The notes under the pieces: model-generated
The model's database searches: none
Told to the model about the DNA's origin: nothing
What the model saw: only the letters and a program-made list of their open reading frames with translations
Position numbers and translations under genes: made by a program
Assembly: GCA_001599295.1 (NCBI GenBank)
Contig: BCGN01000009.1
Span: 726,413-790,412 of the forward strand
Direction of reading: 5' to 3'
DNA length: 64,000 nt
Source of the DNA: Sporopachydermia quercuum
Taxonomy: Eukaryota
Shown here: positions 34,265 through 46,362 of the stretch, piece by piece
How positions within the stretch are numbered: position 1 is the stretch's first letter
Layout of the letters: each line of letters begins with the position of its first letter

Positions 34265-36256
34265 CTAATAAAGCAACCCTTTTAATAATTCTACTCCCTC
34301 TATTGCTGACATCATATCTGACTTGGTAACATTAGAACTGACTTTCCTCTGGCTATAATCCTCACCAACTCCTTGATACAAATTAACACCAGCACTTGCA
34401 CCTCCTCCACCTTTGGATTTCCTTCCTCCTTGCGAAGTTGATCCCATTGATCGTCTGCCGCATATTCCTGCTACATTTATAAGACCAGAAGATTCCAGCA
34501 CGTTCACTACCTCTAAGTACTCATTGAGCTTCAATTGGCCTAACGGAGATCCAGTTTTACAGTAATGATCAAATAGCTTTTGAACGGTCAATGTTGATTT
34601 CCCGTCAGCAAAATCACACTCGGCCTGAACTAACGTTGCTAGGACAGCTTTCTGTAGTACCGTTATTTTATGGATCCTCGATAGCGACGACTGGCCAAAG
34701 GATTGGGAACATACTTTGGCCATTTGAGAGATCATTGCTTTGGGAGCGTTTTCCAACGTATAAGATAACAGAGAATTATCATTGGCATTGCTGTTCAGGT
34801 TTTCCTGTACTTTGAGCCTTAACGACTGTTCAACAAGCTCAATGGCTCTTCTGCAAATATCAAATGCTTTCCGGAGATCTCCGGTATTACTAGACGTCTT
34901 CTTAGCACACAGCATAATGGCTGCTGGATGAATCAAAGGCGGAATGGTAGGCTTCGGGGATGTTTCTGGAGGATACAATGATAACAATCTTGTTCTTATT
35001 ATGGAAGAGATCTCTCCAGATGTATAAGGAAGAAAAGGAATAACCTCTGGGTTCAAACTGTTTGCCTTCAACCTGGGAAGGAACCTATCAGTTAAATCAA
35101 GAGCATTAGCAATACCGATCAATATCAAATTGGAATTCGGTTTGAAAGCCCATGAGAAAAGCTCAAAGAGCACTTGCTGATCTCTGGTAATTAGATGGTC
35201 CAGCTCATCCAGTACTAATATAACAGTGCTGGGATTCTCATTACTCTTCCTGAACATAAGATCTGCCAATTCATTAATACCTTTTGGCGATGGTAGTTTC
35301 TTTTTCCCCTGAGTCAACTCTGAATATATCTCATCAAATATCATAGATGGTTGAGAAACAATCATACAGTTTACTTCTGCAAAGGCTATATTTTCAAGCT
35401 GTGGGTTCAATTTGCATGAATATCTAGTATNGGATTTATGAGGCTTGAGAATCTCTTGAAGCAGGCTATCAAGCATTGCAGATTTCCCTGTGCCTGGAGG
35501 TCCACTGATGTATAAAGCACCTGAAGTTTCAGCGGACTTATGATGGTTTAATTTGCTTTCGAGGAATCCTATAAGCTGTTGCCTTTCCTTATCTCTTCCA
35601 TAGTACTCTCTACATTTAGAGCCTCTTTGGAATATAGCTTTGCCTTTTGTATAGACAGAACTGAAGCTGGGAAACTCAAAATCTAGTACTGCATCAAAAG
35701 TGTGTTTTCTACTTTTAGTTGGACTCTGGGGCTCTTTTGAATATAGTTTTAACAACTGGGTGTTTAAAGATAGTCCTTTGGGTTTCTGAGGGGTCGATTC
35801 TGGAGAAGGAGGAAGCTGCGGTTCATCTTTTGCAAGAGTGAATAGTTTGAAAGGTTTCACATTTGGCTTTACCTTTGGTTTACTAGGTGTTATGTCTGAC
35901 AGATTGTTCGTTTTCTTTTTCTTTGTTGCAGGCTCTGATTGAGATATTGAAGATGGAGAAGATTCATCTATGAANGGATCTTCCAGAGGGATGCTAGTCA
36001 ATAAGAGTTCATCATCATCAATGGTGGAGCTCCTTGAAGTTTTTGAACAGGATTTTGGTGTGGGAAGCAAATTAGTTGTAGTATTAGAGCTCAANTCAGT
36101 ATCAATTCTGAGATTTTTTGATGGTACGCTGGAAGCCCTTGTTGATTTTCTCAATTGTCGTCTTTCAGCGGTCGTAGCTGTGAGTTCACTGCAAGACTCA
36201 TCATTGATTGCTTTCGCGCTTGATCTAGTTCTTCTAGGAGTATTTGGTTCACTCAT
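34265..36256 (-). CDS. CDC6: Replication licensing AAA+ ATPase Cdc6
   Basis: LYISGPPGTGKS, VLDELDHL, LIGIANALDLTDRFLPRL, TGDLRKAFDICRRAIE; N-terminal CDK sites (TPRR, TPK, SPTK). Confidence 0.95.
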   Translation of the reverse strand: MSEPNTPRRTRSSAKAINDESCSELTATTAERRQLRKSTRASSVPSKNLRIDTXLSSNTTTNLLPTPKSCSKTSRSSTIDDDELLLTSIPLEDXFIDESSPSSISQSEPATKKKKTNNLSDITPSKPKVKPNVKPFKLFTLAKDEPQLPPSPESTPQKPKGLSLNTQLLKLYSKEPQSPTKSRKHTFDAVLDFEFPSFSSVYTKGKAIFQRGSKCREYYGRDKERQQLIGFLESKLNHHKSAETSGALYISGPPGTGKSAMLDSLLQEILKPHKSXTRYSCKLNPQLENIAFAEVNCMIVSQPSMIFDEIYSELTQGKKKLPSPKGINELADLMFRKSNENPSTVILVLDELDHLITRDQQVLFELFSWAFKPNSNLILIGIANALDLTDRFLPRLKANSLNPEVIPFLPYTSGEISSIIRTRLLSLYPPETSPKPTIPPLIHPAAIMLCAKKTSSNTGDLRKAFDICRRAIELVEQSLRLKVQENLNSNANDNSLLSYTLENAPKAMISQMAKVCSQSFGQSSLSRIHKITVLQKAVLATLVQAECDFADGKSTLTVQKLFDHYCKTGSPLGQLKLNEYLEVVNVLESSGLINVAGICGRRSMGSTSQGGRKSKGGGGASAGVNLYQGVGEDYSQRKVSSNVTKSDMMSAIEGVELLKGLLY

Positions 36257-36588
36257 TCTTCAAATCAAGTATGTTTTTCAATAGATTTTACTTATTAATC
36301 AATAGAATCATGTAAAAGATAGTAACTATTCCTATTTAAAATCAGCTGAAATGGATCCTAGATACTGCAGCTGGAGATGATCGAACTGTTTAATAGGCAA
36401 CGAAACTAACAATACAGTACAGGGAAAAAAAGAAAACCATAAAATCAAATTCAACACGGTCGAAAATGAAGATCAAAAATTATTTCCATTATAAACATTG
36501 ATTATCCTTTATTAATCAATCAATTGTATACCTCAACCACGATTGAATAGTGAAAAAAGAAATGGCTGGTTCTCGATTAGGGAAAGAA

Positions 36589-36605
36589 ACGCGTTAAAGA
36601 CGCGT
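36589..36605. promoter_or_regulatory. Tandem MCB elements (ACGCGT x2) upstream of CDC6
   Basis: ACGCGT at 36589-36594 and 36600-36605, about 340 bp upstream of the CDC6 ATG. Confidence 0.8.
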
Positions 36606-38167
36606 CAAAAGCTCTCCTAAAATGGAACATTTCCATTTAATCCGTTTCGGTTTTGGCTACGGAATTGNCTGGAGAGACGCCGGTGGGTATTCTGAAGACA
36701 GTAAGAGTCAGAGAAACAAGGTAAAAACGAAGTTTTGGAAGTATCTAGGTGGTTTTAGTTGGAATTATTCGAATTTTTGGTGATTCAAGAATGTTATTAT
36801 AANATGAAGTAAATCAGTAGTATATATAGATAAGTATGTATTGTGTTGTATTTAGTGCAAAGGAGATTATGTCTCATTTGAAGAAATGTCATACATGTCA
36901 CATAGCAAAAAATTGTCATGATAGGACAGGATTATACTGAGCATGTTCCACCGGAATAAACCGCCATTCTCTTCTTTATTATTGACGATATAGACACAAT
37001 GTATGACTTGAAATCGATAGAAACACATAGAGAACTCAAATTATTATACCTCTAGCATTTCTAGATCATGGGGGACAAAAGCACTTACTTCGTCATTATG
37101 TATAACTCGNAGTCTTGTTCTCAAATCACGACAGCAGTTCAATTTGTGACTAAACACCCCTTCAGTACACTGACCCGGATAGTATTCAGTCCGTCAAATA
37201 AATTCATCCTGCCCGGATAAGTCCCAACTGCTCTAAACCCATCCCCTCACACCCTTCCACCTAGCCATTTCTATTAACCGATTATCTAATCATCTATTCT
37301 CGTGAACAAGAATTTTATGATTACAAACAGAATTCCCTTTTATTCAATATTCTTCTCGCTTTGATAAATGCATCAGCATCATCATTGCATGTTATTACTG
37401 CTGTTTAGCATCATTATTATCATTACCAAAAGCTCTTTTCTATTGTATTATTGTTTTGTATTATTGTACTGTATTATAGTGATATCACCTCTATTGCTTT
37501 GGTGCACTTATGTGATAGTTATTTGGTTTGAAACGTTGAATTGAACGTCTAGAGACCAGTAGAACCGCATGATGCTATTGACTGAGTTTAGTAACAGCGC
37601 ATAAGAATCAAGGGTTAAAAATTAAGTCTTGCTGAAGGAAAGAGCCAATCAGCAGCAGAACGAAGTAGATCGTCGATAGAATAACGTGATAGGCTACAAC
37701 AAAGAACTAGTTGCGAAATTAGAAGGATCAAATTAAGCTTTCAACTGTGCCAGTAGTTTGTCAACTGGTCAGATGTCATAATACACTAGACTTTGTTAGC
37801 GGCAGTTAAATAGAACAACTGAACAAAAGAAATCACATGATTTGTCTTATTGTTGTCAGACATTGTCACTGACTCAAACGCCGAAAAGATCAGATATTTG
37901 CCTGATTGATCTACCGGTATTAACAGCACTAATTATAGAAGCAACAACAGGAATAAGACTGCATGTCTACTCNTTACGCGGCATTGATACCTAAGTTATT
38001 TGTACAAGATTGCATTATCAAGGACCCAGAGTTCATAGTTCTGCAGCCTTTANGTACCAGCGCGCACAGGAATAGAACAGCAGAAAAAAGTCGTTCCCAC
38101 GTTCACTACAGCACGTCACAGCATCGAATAGCATAAATCATATTTACCATATCAGCATACGTTTATT

Positions 38168-41100
38168 ATGCATTCAAATATATCACAACTGTTGCAGGCT
38201 CCTTATAACGGCTCCGGCCCATCAGGAGGCTCCGCAAACCAACCGAAAAGCACAGCGGGGAATGCACCTCTGCGGAAACGGTCAACGTCTCCAGAGGTAA
38301 CAACAGCATCGGCAAGGACCCAAAATCTGTCTTCCGGGACCAATTTGTACAACAGCAACAACAATAGCAACAGCAATAGTGGCAAAAGACCGTCCAGTAA
38401 CACAGTTCTGCCTGCAAACGAGAGCAGTGCAATAGGAGACCCAAATCCCAATGCAGGAACGGGACCGTCGGGACCGTCGGATGGGTACAACGGCTCTAGT
38501 TATTACGATAGGGACCGGGAAAGACTGCGAAGAGAACGAGAGGCTGCGGAATACAAAAAGAAAAGGATCCCGTCGCGAGAGTTCAGTGATCGGGATAAAG
38601 AAAGGGACTGGGATTGGGACCGTGACCGGGATCGAGATCGAGATCGGGACAGAGAATTCCCTCCGAGTCAATACCCATATCGGCGAGACTCGAGCTTGAG
38701 AACACCCCCGGGACGACCTTCCGGTCCAAATCCATCGAGATATGATCCGAAACCCTATTCGCGAGGCAATTCGTACCGCCACGACTCTTATCGTCATTAC
38801 CGAGCTGGCGGGCCTGGTGGATCTGGTGGGGCACCGGCTGGAGTCTCTCAGCCTCCAGCCACGGCTATTCCGGCCGGATCAACCGAAAAACAAACCTTAT
38901 CAACCGGACCGGGTCCTGTTAAAACAAGTGGGTCAATTTCGGCTCCTCCGACGGGTCCCAGTGCTTTGAAAGACTGGGACTTTGACCCTGATCGTGAGAG
39001 AGACAGGATACCCGATAGAAGACTTCGCAAGGATCTGGATGGGAGAACAGATAGAGACGGACGGTTCGGAAGGAAGTCCTGGGAGAATGAGGTGGAGCCA
39101 AGTTACAAACGAGCAAGGTCTCCGTTCCGAGACTCTCGGCAAACCTCGGGACGTCCGGAACCCAGTAATAGCTCCGTTGGATCTATTCCCGAAGAAGAAA
39201 GACCCTCTGCAGGAGGACCAACAAGGGATCGAGAGCCTAATCTGGATAAAGAGACGGATTTGTTCCCGGACCTCTTAGAACGGGACAGGGAACGGGACAT
39301 GGACACCAGACCCCGCGGTGGAAGCACTCGAACATCAGGACAGGGCCCCGGTCCAGCTCCAGGTCCTGGTCCAGGAATCGGGCCGGGTCCAGGACCAGGG
39401 CCTCTTTCCCATAGGCGATATTTTCCGAATACCCACACCCAACCTCCTTCGGGTCCCGGAGCGTATCGGGAACGATACCCGTCAGACTATCGGGACAGTC
39501 GTTACAATCGGGATAATAGAGACAAATACCCCGGGCCAGGGGATCGGTACATCCGAGATCGGGACAATAGGGACAGAGACTCTGAACTTGACTTCCGACA
39601 TTATGACTATCTACCCCGGGACAGAGAACGGGAAAGATTTAGGTTCAACTACCGGGATCCCAGAGACCCTAGAGACCCTCGGGACTCCCGAGATTATCGC
39701 GATCGGTACCGGGACCCAAGCAGAGATGCTCCTGTGGGTCCTCGCAGCCTTTATCAAAGAGCCAGCTTAGAAAGTCCTACTGCAGTTTCAGCAAGTTACT
39801 ATGAAGAAAAGGAGAGACTACATAGATACAGCACAGGGTCTAGCAGTTTGACTAACTCTGTCCGGAAAAAACCCAATTTGATCGACACGGACAGCGAGAA
39901 AAACTGGGGTAGTGGTACAAATCTTAGTTCTACTAGCCAGAAGGCTCCAGACTCTTTTGAGGGTCTCTCCTCTAATTTCAAAGGGCCCTCGTTGATCGCA
40001 AATGAAAAGGCAAGGACCCTCAAGCAGAAGGATCTGAAAGAGCTTTCACCAAACGATTCAGACAGGAGCGATGTTCTCAAAGGACGTCCAAGTGTCCGGA
40101 AAGAGCAAGACACGGGTGCGGCTGCCGACAAAATGGACATTGACGAAGATAATAGCACAGTTAAAGGAATCTCGGAGAGCAAACCGAGCAAACCAAGCAA
40201 ACCGGACAGCGAGAAAGCGGTGGAAAGCGGCGAAAATGGGGGAATAGTTGTCAAGTCGGAGCCTGAGGGTCCGAAAGCTGCTGATGAAGACGCTAGAAGC
40301 GCAGCAATGGACATTGAGACGGAAATTAAGCCAAAATCGGGTGTTTCTGACCAAAAAGATTCTGGTAGAGCGTATAAAGAGTCTATTTCTCCCGAACCAA
40401 CGTCAAACCTCATTCCAGACCTTAACAATAAACTGATTAAAGACTTGGCCACAGCCACAAATCCAAGTAAATTTGTTGCGGACATTGACACTAAAACCAT
40501 TTTTCATGAACACAATGCAAATCTAAAACCCAGCGAAGAAACTCAATTCGAAACTGAAGACGATGACTATTCTCCTACTGAAGAACCCTTTGGCATAAAG
40601 AATGAAAGTGAGTCCGAAGAAGGGATTGAGAAAGACAAGCAACCCAAACTCATACTTAAAACTGAGTCTTCTGAATACTCTCCGCAGCCACAGGGGCCAA
40701 ACTTTCCTCCTTCCGAGTCTCTCGAACAACACCCTTACGTCTCAGACTCTTCTAAGAATGAATTAACTATCCTAAGTGAAAACAAGCTCATTAACTACAA
40801 TTATATCTTCCCTCTAAACAGACTTGAAATGCAGATGTACAATTTGGAATTNCTGCCAAAGGAGACGAAGCGGAAATATCTTAAATATACCTTGCAGACC
40901 CCAGTGAAGACCCTCAGAAGTTACCCATTCTATAAGGCCAATCTCGTACACCATGAAACCCGACAGCAGAGCAACCTTTTGGAGGCTTTCCGACAGAAAA
41001 AGCGGTTTATACACGTGAAAGAGAAACAACTGTGTAAGCAGTATCTCAGACTGAAACAGGAATGGGACCGAAGCTGCGCCGTCTTGGAATTAGCCGATGT

Positions 41101-42625
41101 AAAGCAGCCGGAAGAGGCCGGAGATGAGGTCGGCGGCGATGGACTTGGCGGCAGCAGTGGCATCGGGATCGGCACTGGAAGTGGAGGCGGAGGCGGTATT
41201 GGTGGAGGATCTGGGGGTGTTGGCGGGGTCCCGGGCTCTGGTGGCTCTGGTGGCTTGGGAACGTCTAATAGAAGATCACGTCATCATGGAGACTCTGTCC
41301 GAACCGAGGCTGAATTTTTAGAGATTCTAGCTAATCTGGAGCGGGAAAACGCTCGTGATCCTGCCTATAGAGCCAGATTAACCGCGGCTAAAGTCCCCGA
41401 TATGATACTAGACCCTGTGGCCCGCGAAGAGATGAAGTTTATTGACGTAAATAACCTTGTTGAGAACAAGGACCGATGGGCTAATCGGCTCAAGACGGAC
41501 AAAATAGACACTTTCACCCCTGAAGAGCATGAGAAATTCTGTGCTGCCTACGTGAATTATCCGAAACAATTTGGCAAAATCAGTACATTAATGGGAGGCT
41601 TACGGTCATTTGAAGAATGTGTGTTACACTATTATCGGACAAAGAAGAGTATTGATTATAAGAACCTCGTGGCCAACAAGAAGCGAGGAGGTCGGAAAGG
41701 TAAAAAGAAGGAAAAGAAGGGCAAAGGCGGAGGATCTGGNTCTGGCGGGGGATCTGGTGGATCTGGTGGAGGACCTGGCGGTAAAACTAATAACAATTCT
41801 ACTAGTACTTCCAAAGCCGGTACTCCTAACGCTCAAGAGGAATCAACAGCTGAGGCAGCAACAACTAATGCAGGATCTGTGGATACCGAAATCTTTCCGA
41901 GTGCGGCCGAACAAGTGGAAGAACGAACGAAAGAGGAAACTGAACCCGCCAGTATTCCTTTAAATGGCGGTGGTCCTTCCGTTTACACCGAAACCGGACG
42001 GCCTAAAAGAGCAGCAGCACCGACGTTTGGGGAAGAGGATAAAAAAGAGGATGAAAAGAAGAAAAAAAAGAGAAAAGACACTAAAAAGAAGCCCGAAAAC
42101 GATCCTGATGGTAAACCAAACGCTGCTGGAAAGGTCCAAGAAGACCCTTCTGCATTAAAGTCTGGAAACACAACTGGAACAGCTGCCGTAGACAGTTCAA
42201 CCTCTAAAGCCGGCGCTAAACATTCTCCTGTTGAAAATGATTCCTCCGAAGCTTCTACAAACATACCCGAGAAAGGAATTACTAGCTATTGGTCAATTGG
42301 TGAAGTAGACTTGTTTCCTAAGCTTTTAATGCAATACGGTAGCAGATGGGACGAAGTAGCGAAAGTATTACGGTCAAAATCACCAATGATGGTTAAAAAC
42401 CATTATTCACGACATGCAATGTTATACGGTTGGGACTCAATCGTTGCTAAAGCTGATAAAGCGCTGAACCTACTGGATCAGGACAATAAAATACCGGCTG
42501 AAGGGTCTCGAAATAGTTTGAAAATCGGTAGTGATGGTCCAGAAAGCACCATTGCCTCCGTATCTATTTCAGCCGATACTTCGAGATCATTTGGTTCGAA
42601 AATAAGCAGTTTATTGAATGACTAA
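38168..42625 (+). CDS. SNT1: Set3C/NCoR-like two-SANT-domain protein
   Basis: HGDSVRTEAEFLEIL, AAKVPDMILDP, SANT1 FTPEEHEKFCAAYVNYPKQFGKIS...ECVLHYYRTKK, SANT2 TSYWSIGEVDLFPKLLMQYGSRW; next to ELO and RRP43. Confidence 0.88.
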   Translation: MHSNISQLLQAPYNGSGPSGGSANQPKSTAGNAPLRKRSTSPEVTTASARTQNLSSGTNLYNSNNNSNSNSGKRPSSNTVLPANESSAIGDPNPNAGTGPSGPSDGYNGSSYYDRDRERLRREREAAEYKKKRIPSREFSDRDKERDWDWDRDRDRDRDRDREFPPSQYPYRRDSSLRTPPGRPSGPNPSRYDPKPYSRGNSYRHDSYRHYRAGGPGGSGGAPAGVSQPPATAIPAGSTEKQTLSTGPGPVKTSGSISAPPTGPSALKDWDFDPDRERDRIPDRRLRKDLDGRTDRDGRFGRKSWENEVEPSYKRARSPFRDSRQTSGRPEPSNSSVGSIPEEERPSAGGPTRDREPNLDKETDLFPDLLERDRERDMDTRPRGGSTRTSGQGPGPAPGPGPGIGPGPGPGPLSHRRYFPNTHTQPPSGPGAYRERYPSDYRDSRYNRDNRDKYPGPGDRYIRDRDNRDRDSELDFRHYDYLPRDRERERFRFNYRDPRDPRDPRDSRDYRDRYRDPSRDAPVGPRSLYQRASLESPTAVSASYYEEKERLHRYSTGSSSLTNSVRKKPNLIDTDSEKNWGSGTNLSSTSQKAPDSFEGLSSNFKGPSLIANEKARTLKQKDLKELSPNDSDRSDVLKGRPSVRKEQDTGAAADKMDIDEDNSTVKGISESKPSKPSKPDSEKAVESGENGGIVVKSEPEGPKAADEDARSAAMDIETEIKPKSGVSDQKDSGRAYKESISPEPTSNLIPDLNNKLIKDLATATNPSKFVADIDTKTIFHEHNANLKPSEETQFETEDDDYSPTEEPFGIKNESESEEGIEKDKQPKLILKTESSEYSPQPQGPNFPPSESLEQHPYVSDSSKNELTILSENKLINYNYIFPLNRLEMQMYNLEXLPKETKRKYLKYTLQTPVKTLRSYPFYKANLVHHETRQQSNLLEAFRQKKRFIHVKEKQLCKQYLRLKQEWDRSCAVLELADVKQPEEAGDEVGGDGLGGSSGIGIGTGSGGGGGIGGGSGGVGGVPGSGGSGGLGTSNRRSRHHGDSVRTEAEFLEILANLERENARDPAYRARLTAAKVPDMILDPVAREEMKFIDVNNLVENKDRWANRLKTDKIDTFTPEEHEKFCAAYVNYPKQFGKISTLMGGLRSFEECVLHYYRTKKSIDYKNLVANKKRGGRKGKKKEKKGKGGGSXSGGGSGGSGGGPGGKTNNNSTSTSKAGTPNAQEESTAEAATTNAGSVDTEIFPSAAEQVEERTKEETEPASIPLNGGGPSVYTETGRPKRAAAPTFGEEDKKEDEKKKKKRKDTKKKPENDPDGKPNAAGKVQEDPSALKSGNTTGTAAVDSSTSKAGAKHSPVENDSSEASTNIPEKGITSYWSIGEVDLFPKLLMQYGSRWDEVAKVLRSKSPMMVKNHYSRHAMLYGWDSIVAKADKALNLLDQDNKIPAEGSRNSLKIGSDGPESTIASVSISADTSRSFGSKISSLLND

Positions 42626-44813
42626 ACTATCAAACAAAGTTGTTAACTGGTGAATTGGTTTATTGCATAAGTTAGTATATCTTCAGACACGCCCTCCTTT
42701 GAGATTTAGATTTAAGATTCGCTGAACGTATTTCCAAATATGGAAGCATGATTACTCAGAATGAATGAAGTTTGAATGCTGATTATAGTTTGAGGGTTTG
42801 ACTGAAGTTTATTTTTAGAATTGCATGTGATTGCACACGAAACCAAACTGGATTCTTAACCATTCAAACGGTGGATGACAAAGAGAAAGATTAAGTGGTG
42901 ATAGGCTGAATAATAACTGAATAATGAGTTCTATATAATACAAGTTATTCAATCAATGATTCAGTAGCTGTATACAAAGATTTATATAAATAATAACTTC
43001 TAATGTTATATTTATCCTAAAAAAGATACAACCCTTTTGCTGTTTCGTTGAATCAGTAGATGTCTAGTGTTTGAACTGAAGTGATGATACAGTTAAATTA
43101 TACGGCTAAGCGTGGCCTTATTCAGTTGAGAACGTATTAATTGTAGTTATATCTTAGAATATCCATAGTAAATGGTGACCTCCGTTGGTTCCTTAAATAG
43201 TATTCGATCATCTATCTAATCGGGCCCTTTGTTGGATCCTGACGAAAAATCAACATCTCAACAAAAAGAACATAGCATTAGTCACTTTGGAAATGAAATA
43301 AATGCTAGAATCCTTTATGAAAATAGAAGAAAATTAAATAAATCAGAAGTCTTTTACGGAAAATATTAGTAATTGAATAATCCACTTTATCATTATGTCT
43401 GACACTGATGTCTCACTCTCTTGTTTGCTTTATTTGCTATTCTAGCGCAGAAATTCTACCTATCGATCGGTTTGCCATGAGGAGATGTGATTGTAAATAG
43501 AACAATAGAGCTTTCAATTAATAGGAATAACGCGTTCAATTTACATTCAATATACGTTAATTACCAGTTGATTCACATAAAAAAAAGGAAATCGAGAGAG
43601 ATCAAACACACATCGTCAATATTTCAATTGAATAAATAAGTAAATAAATAAATAAATAAATAAAATGGCAATATATGAACCCAACCAAGCCTCGATCGCT
43701 TCTTCCTATGACTTTGTAGTTAGCATCAACTCAGGTGCCATTCCATAACCCTTCACTTCACACTAAGAATGATTCTAATTCTTCCCTGCCATAGTAATGC
43801 CTACTCCGTTTTCACCTCATCTTCGTAACTCTCGACCAATTCTCACCGCTTCAAATACAACAACCAACAACCATCCTCTACAAGTAAAACATAATATTTA
43901 AAAACCCAACACCAATAATAAACAATAAACCGCTTGCAGAACCAAATATCCCACAATCTTTCTTGTCTGCCATTACAAGAAATATTATTACCTAATCTGT
44001 CCGTACGAAGGATAAGCCGTTTGAAGAACACTGGGGTTGTCCGAAAACTAGTGTAAACGATACAATGAACTCAAACTCTATTTCCCGCACTTTGAATCGA
44101 AAAAGCTTAAACATCAATCGCGTCCTGTGTTTTCGTTGAACAAAAAATTTCATTCTCGTGTCTTACAAATCTACTATTGTTTCGCTTTGGTTGAGCAGTG
44201 CCGCTGTTAGCTCTTGCTTTACTTTTCATAGCTTTGTCTTTGATTATTCAATGATGAATGCTGAAGAGTATTAATTGTAGAGACCTATTTGGTATTAAAA
44301 CTGGTTGAAAAAGCAGAATTTCTGTTTAAAAAAAAATTAAAACTATCAAGTAGATATTAGCCAAGATTGAGTTAATCGACTGAAGTGTTTCTTGCTCGAT
44401 ATTTGGAGTAGAGCTTAGACAAGGTGAAAAGGTGAATTTCTCGTGATTTTTCGGTGACGACTTTGAGTTTTATTGCGGAATCTCCTGTTACCTCTCCCAG
44501 TTGGAAACCTGAAATATTTGGTGATTTAAGTGAAAAAATTCAAACTGTTCTGTGCTACAGCCCATCGAACCATTGTTTAGTCTTTTGTTCACTGGCAACT
44601 AAGGACCTATCTATACCTTATTGCAGAGTAAACACGTTTTTGATAAGTGTATTTTCCATTATCATTTCACAGTTAAGGAATTAATTGTTGCTGCCATCGT
44701 TCTTTTTTCAAGTTTCCATCATAACTGCTCCTGTATGAAGTATTGCGACTGATTATATTGCATTACATTATCACAATCTTCTGACGCCCTATCATATCAT
44801 CACCATCATCAAA

Positions 44814-45951
44814 ATGTCATTCAGCGTTGAAAGACCATTTGGTATTTATCTATGGGACATATTTGACAAAGCTGTGGCCCAAGTCACCCAAGGGAAGTTC
44901 GTCCCATCAGAATTTGAATTCATTCCTAACGAGCTGCCATTTGCTGATCACTTATCAGTATTTGAAGTCATTTCTGCCTATTATATTGTTATATTTGGGG
45001 GTAGATATCTTCAAAACAAGTTCAATTTGAAACCTTTAAAGCTACTTACTCTTTTCAAGCTTCATAATTTTATTCTCACTGCTGTTTCTTTCGTTTTGCT
45101 ATGTTTGATGGTTGAACAATTGATTCCGATACTTAGTCAGCATGGTCTTTTCTGGTCTATCTGCAATAAGGACGCTTGGACTCAGCCTTTGGTCACTCTT
45201 TATTATGTGAGTAAAATTTTTTTTAAGGATGCTTTATAGGTATTCTGGCTGTTTGTTCCTACTTGTCCTTGTGATTATTAAACTAACAGTTCATTTTAGC
45301 TGAACTACCTAACCAAGTACTTGGAGTTCATTGATACTCTTTTCCTTGTTGTTAAAGGAAAACCTTTGAGTAAGTACTGACTATCTCTCTATATTTCCTT
45401 CTATTTTCACCACTAACAGAAATCCGCTAGCTTTCTTACACACTTATCATCATGGTGCTACCGCTTTCCTTTGCTACACTCAACTGCTCGGTCATACATC
45501 TATCCAATGGGTAGTAATTGGTCTCAATCTAACAGTCCATGTGATTATGTACTGGTACTATTTCCTAGCAGCTTGCGGAGTAAGAGTCTGGTGGAAACAA
45601 TGGGTCACTAGAATGCAAATTATCCAGTTTATTATTGATATTGGATTTATTTACTTTGCTTCTTATATCAAGTTTGCTTCTCAGTATTATACTAGATTAC
45701 CCCATTGTGGAACTTGCGCGGGAGAAGACTATGCTGCTGTGTATGGTCTTATTGTTATATCTTCATATCTTCTGCTATTTATTGCATTCTACATCAAAGT
45801 GTATATCAACAAAGTGCAACATCGCAGAGCGCGTTCTCTGTCGAAGCCTGATGAAGATATCAAGAAGGCTGTTGCTGATTCTGCTTCAAGTTCTGGTGTG
45901 GAAAAGGCTGGTAAATATCAATCTTCCACGACCAAATCGCGAAAGGCCTAG
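44814..45951 (+). CDS. ELO2: Fatty-acid elongase (ELO/GNS1/SUR4 family), 327 aa; exons 44814-45206, 45300-45369, 45431-45951
   Basis: Spliced LYY|LNYLTKYLEFIDTLFLV...PL|TFLHTYHHGA, HVIMYWYYFL, WVTRMQIIQF. Donors GTGAGT and GTAAGT, branch sites AACTAAC and CACTAAC. Symbol assigned from SNT1-ELO-RRP43 synteny; some residues look Elo3-like. Confidence 0.9.
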
Positions 45952-46140
45952 ATGTTATGATGGTTGGTTCTGTTCTGGGTATTCATTGCTTGATGTGTTG
46001 TTTGTGATAATCAAAAGTCAATAATCAATACTCAATACTTAATTCTGGAAGATTAAGTAAGTAAAAGACGGCGAGCATTCAATTTCAATTAGTATGCATG
46101 ATGGTTATAGTTGGTTCTAGTTTTATGGCAGATGGGTGTA

Positions 46141-46216
46141 TATGTATTTATGTATTAATGTATGTATTAATGTATGTATTAATGTATGTATTAATGTATG
46201 TATTATGTATGTATTT
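46141..46216. repeat. 12-bp minisatellite (ATGTATGTATTA)n in the convergent ELO/RRP43 terminator region
   Basis: About 5-6 copies; contains repeated TATGTA, a yeast 3'-end efficiency-element motif. Confidence 0.85.
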
Positions 46217-46362
46217 ATATATAAATAAACTACAGACTTACATTTCAACATAGACTGAATATCTATTAATTACACGAATAATTGCCATTTCCTTCTCTTA
46301 TATTTTCACATAATGTAAATGTTTTAGCTGTCATCATCACACTTTCATCTGCCCTCATTCAT

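Noticed and set aside
38166..42264. Many overlapping and antisense ORFs inside SNT1 (likewise in BPH1, UBA1 and GSY)
   Set aside because: Shadow ORFs expected from GC-rich, low-complexity coding sequence.
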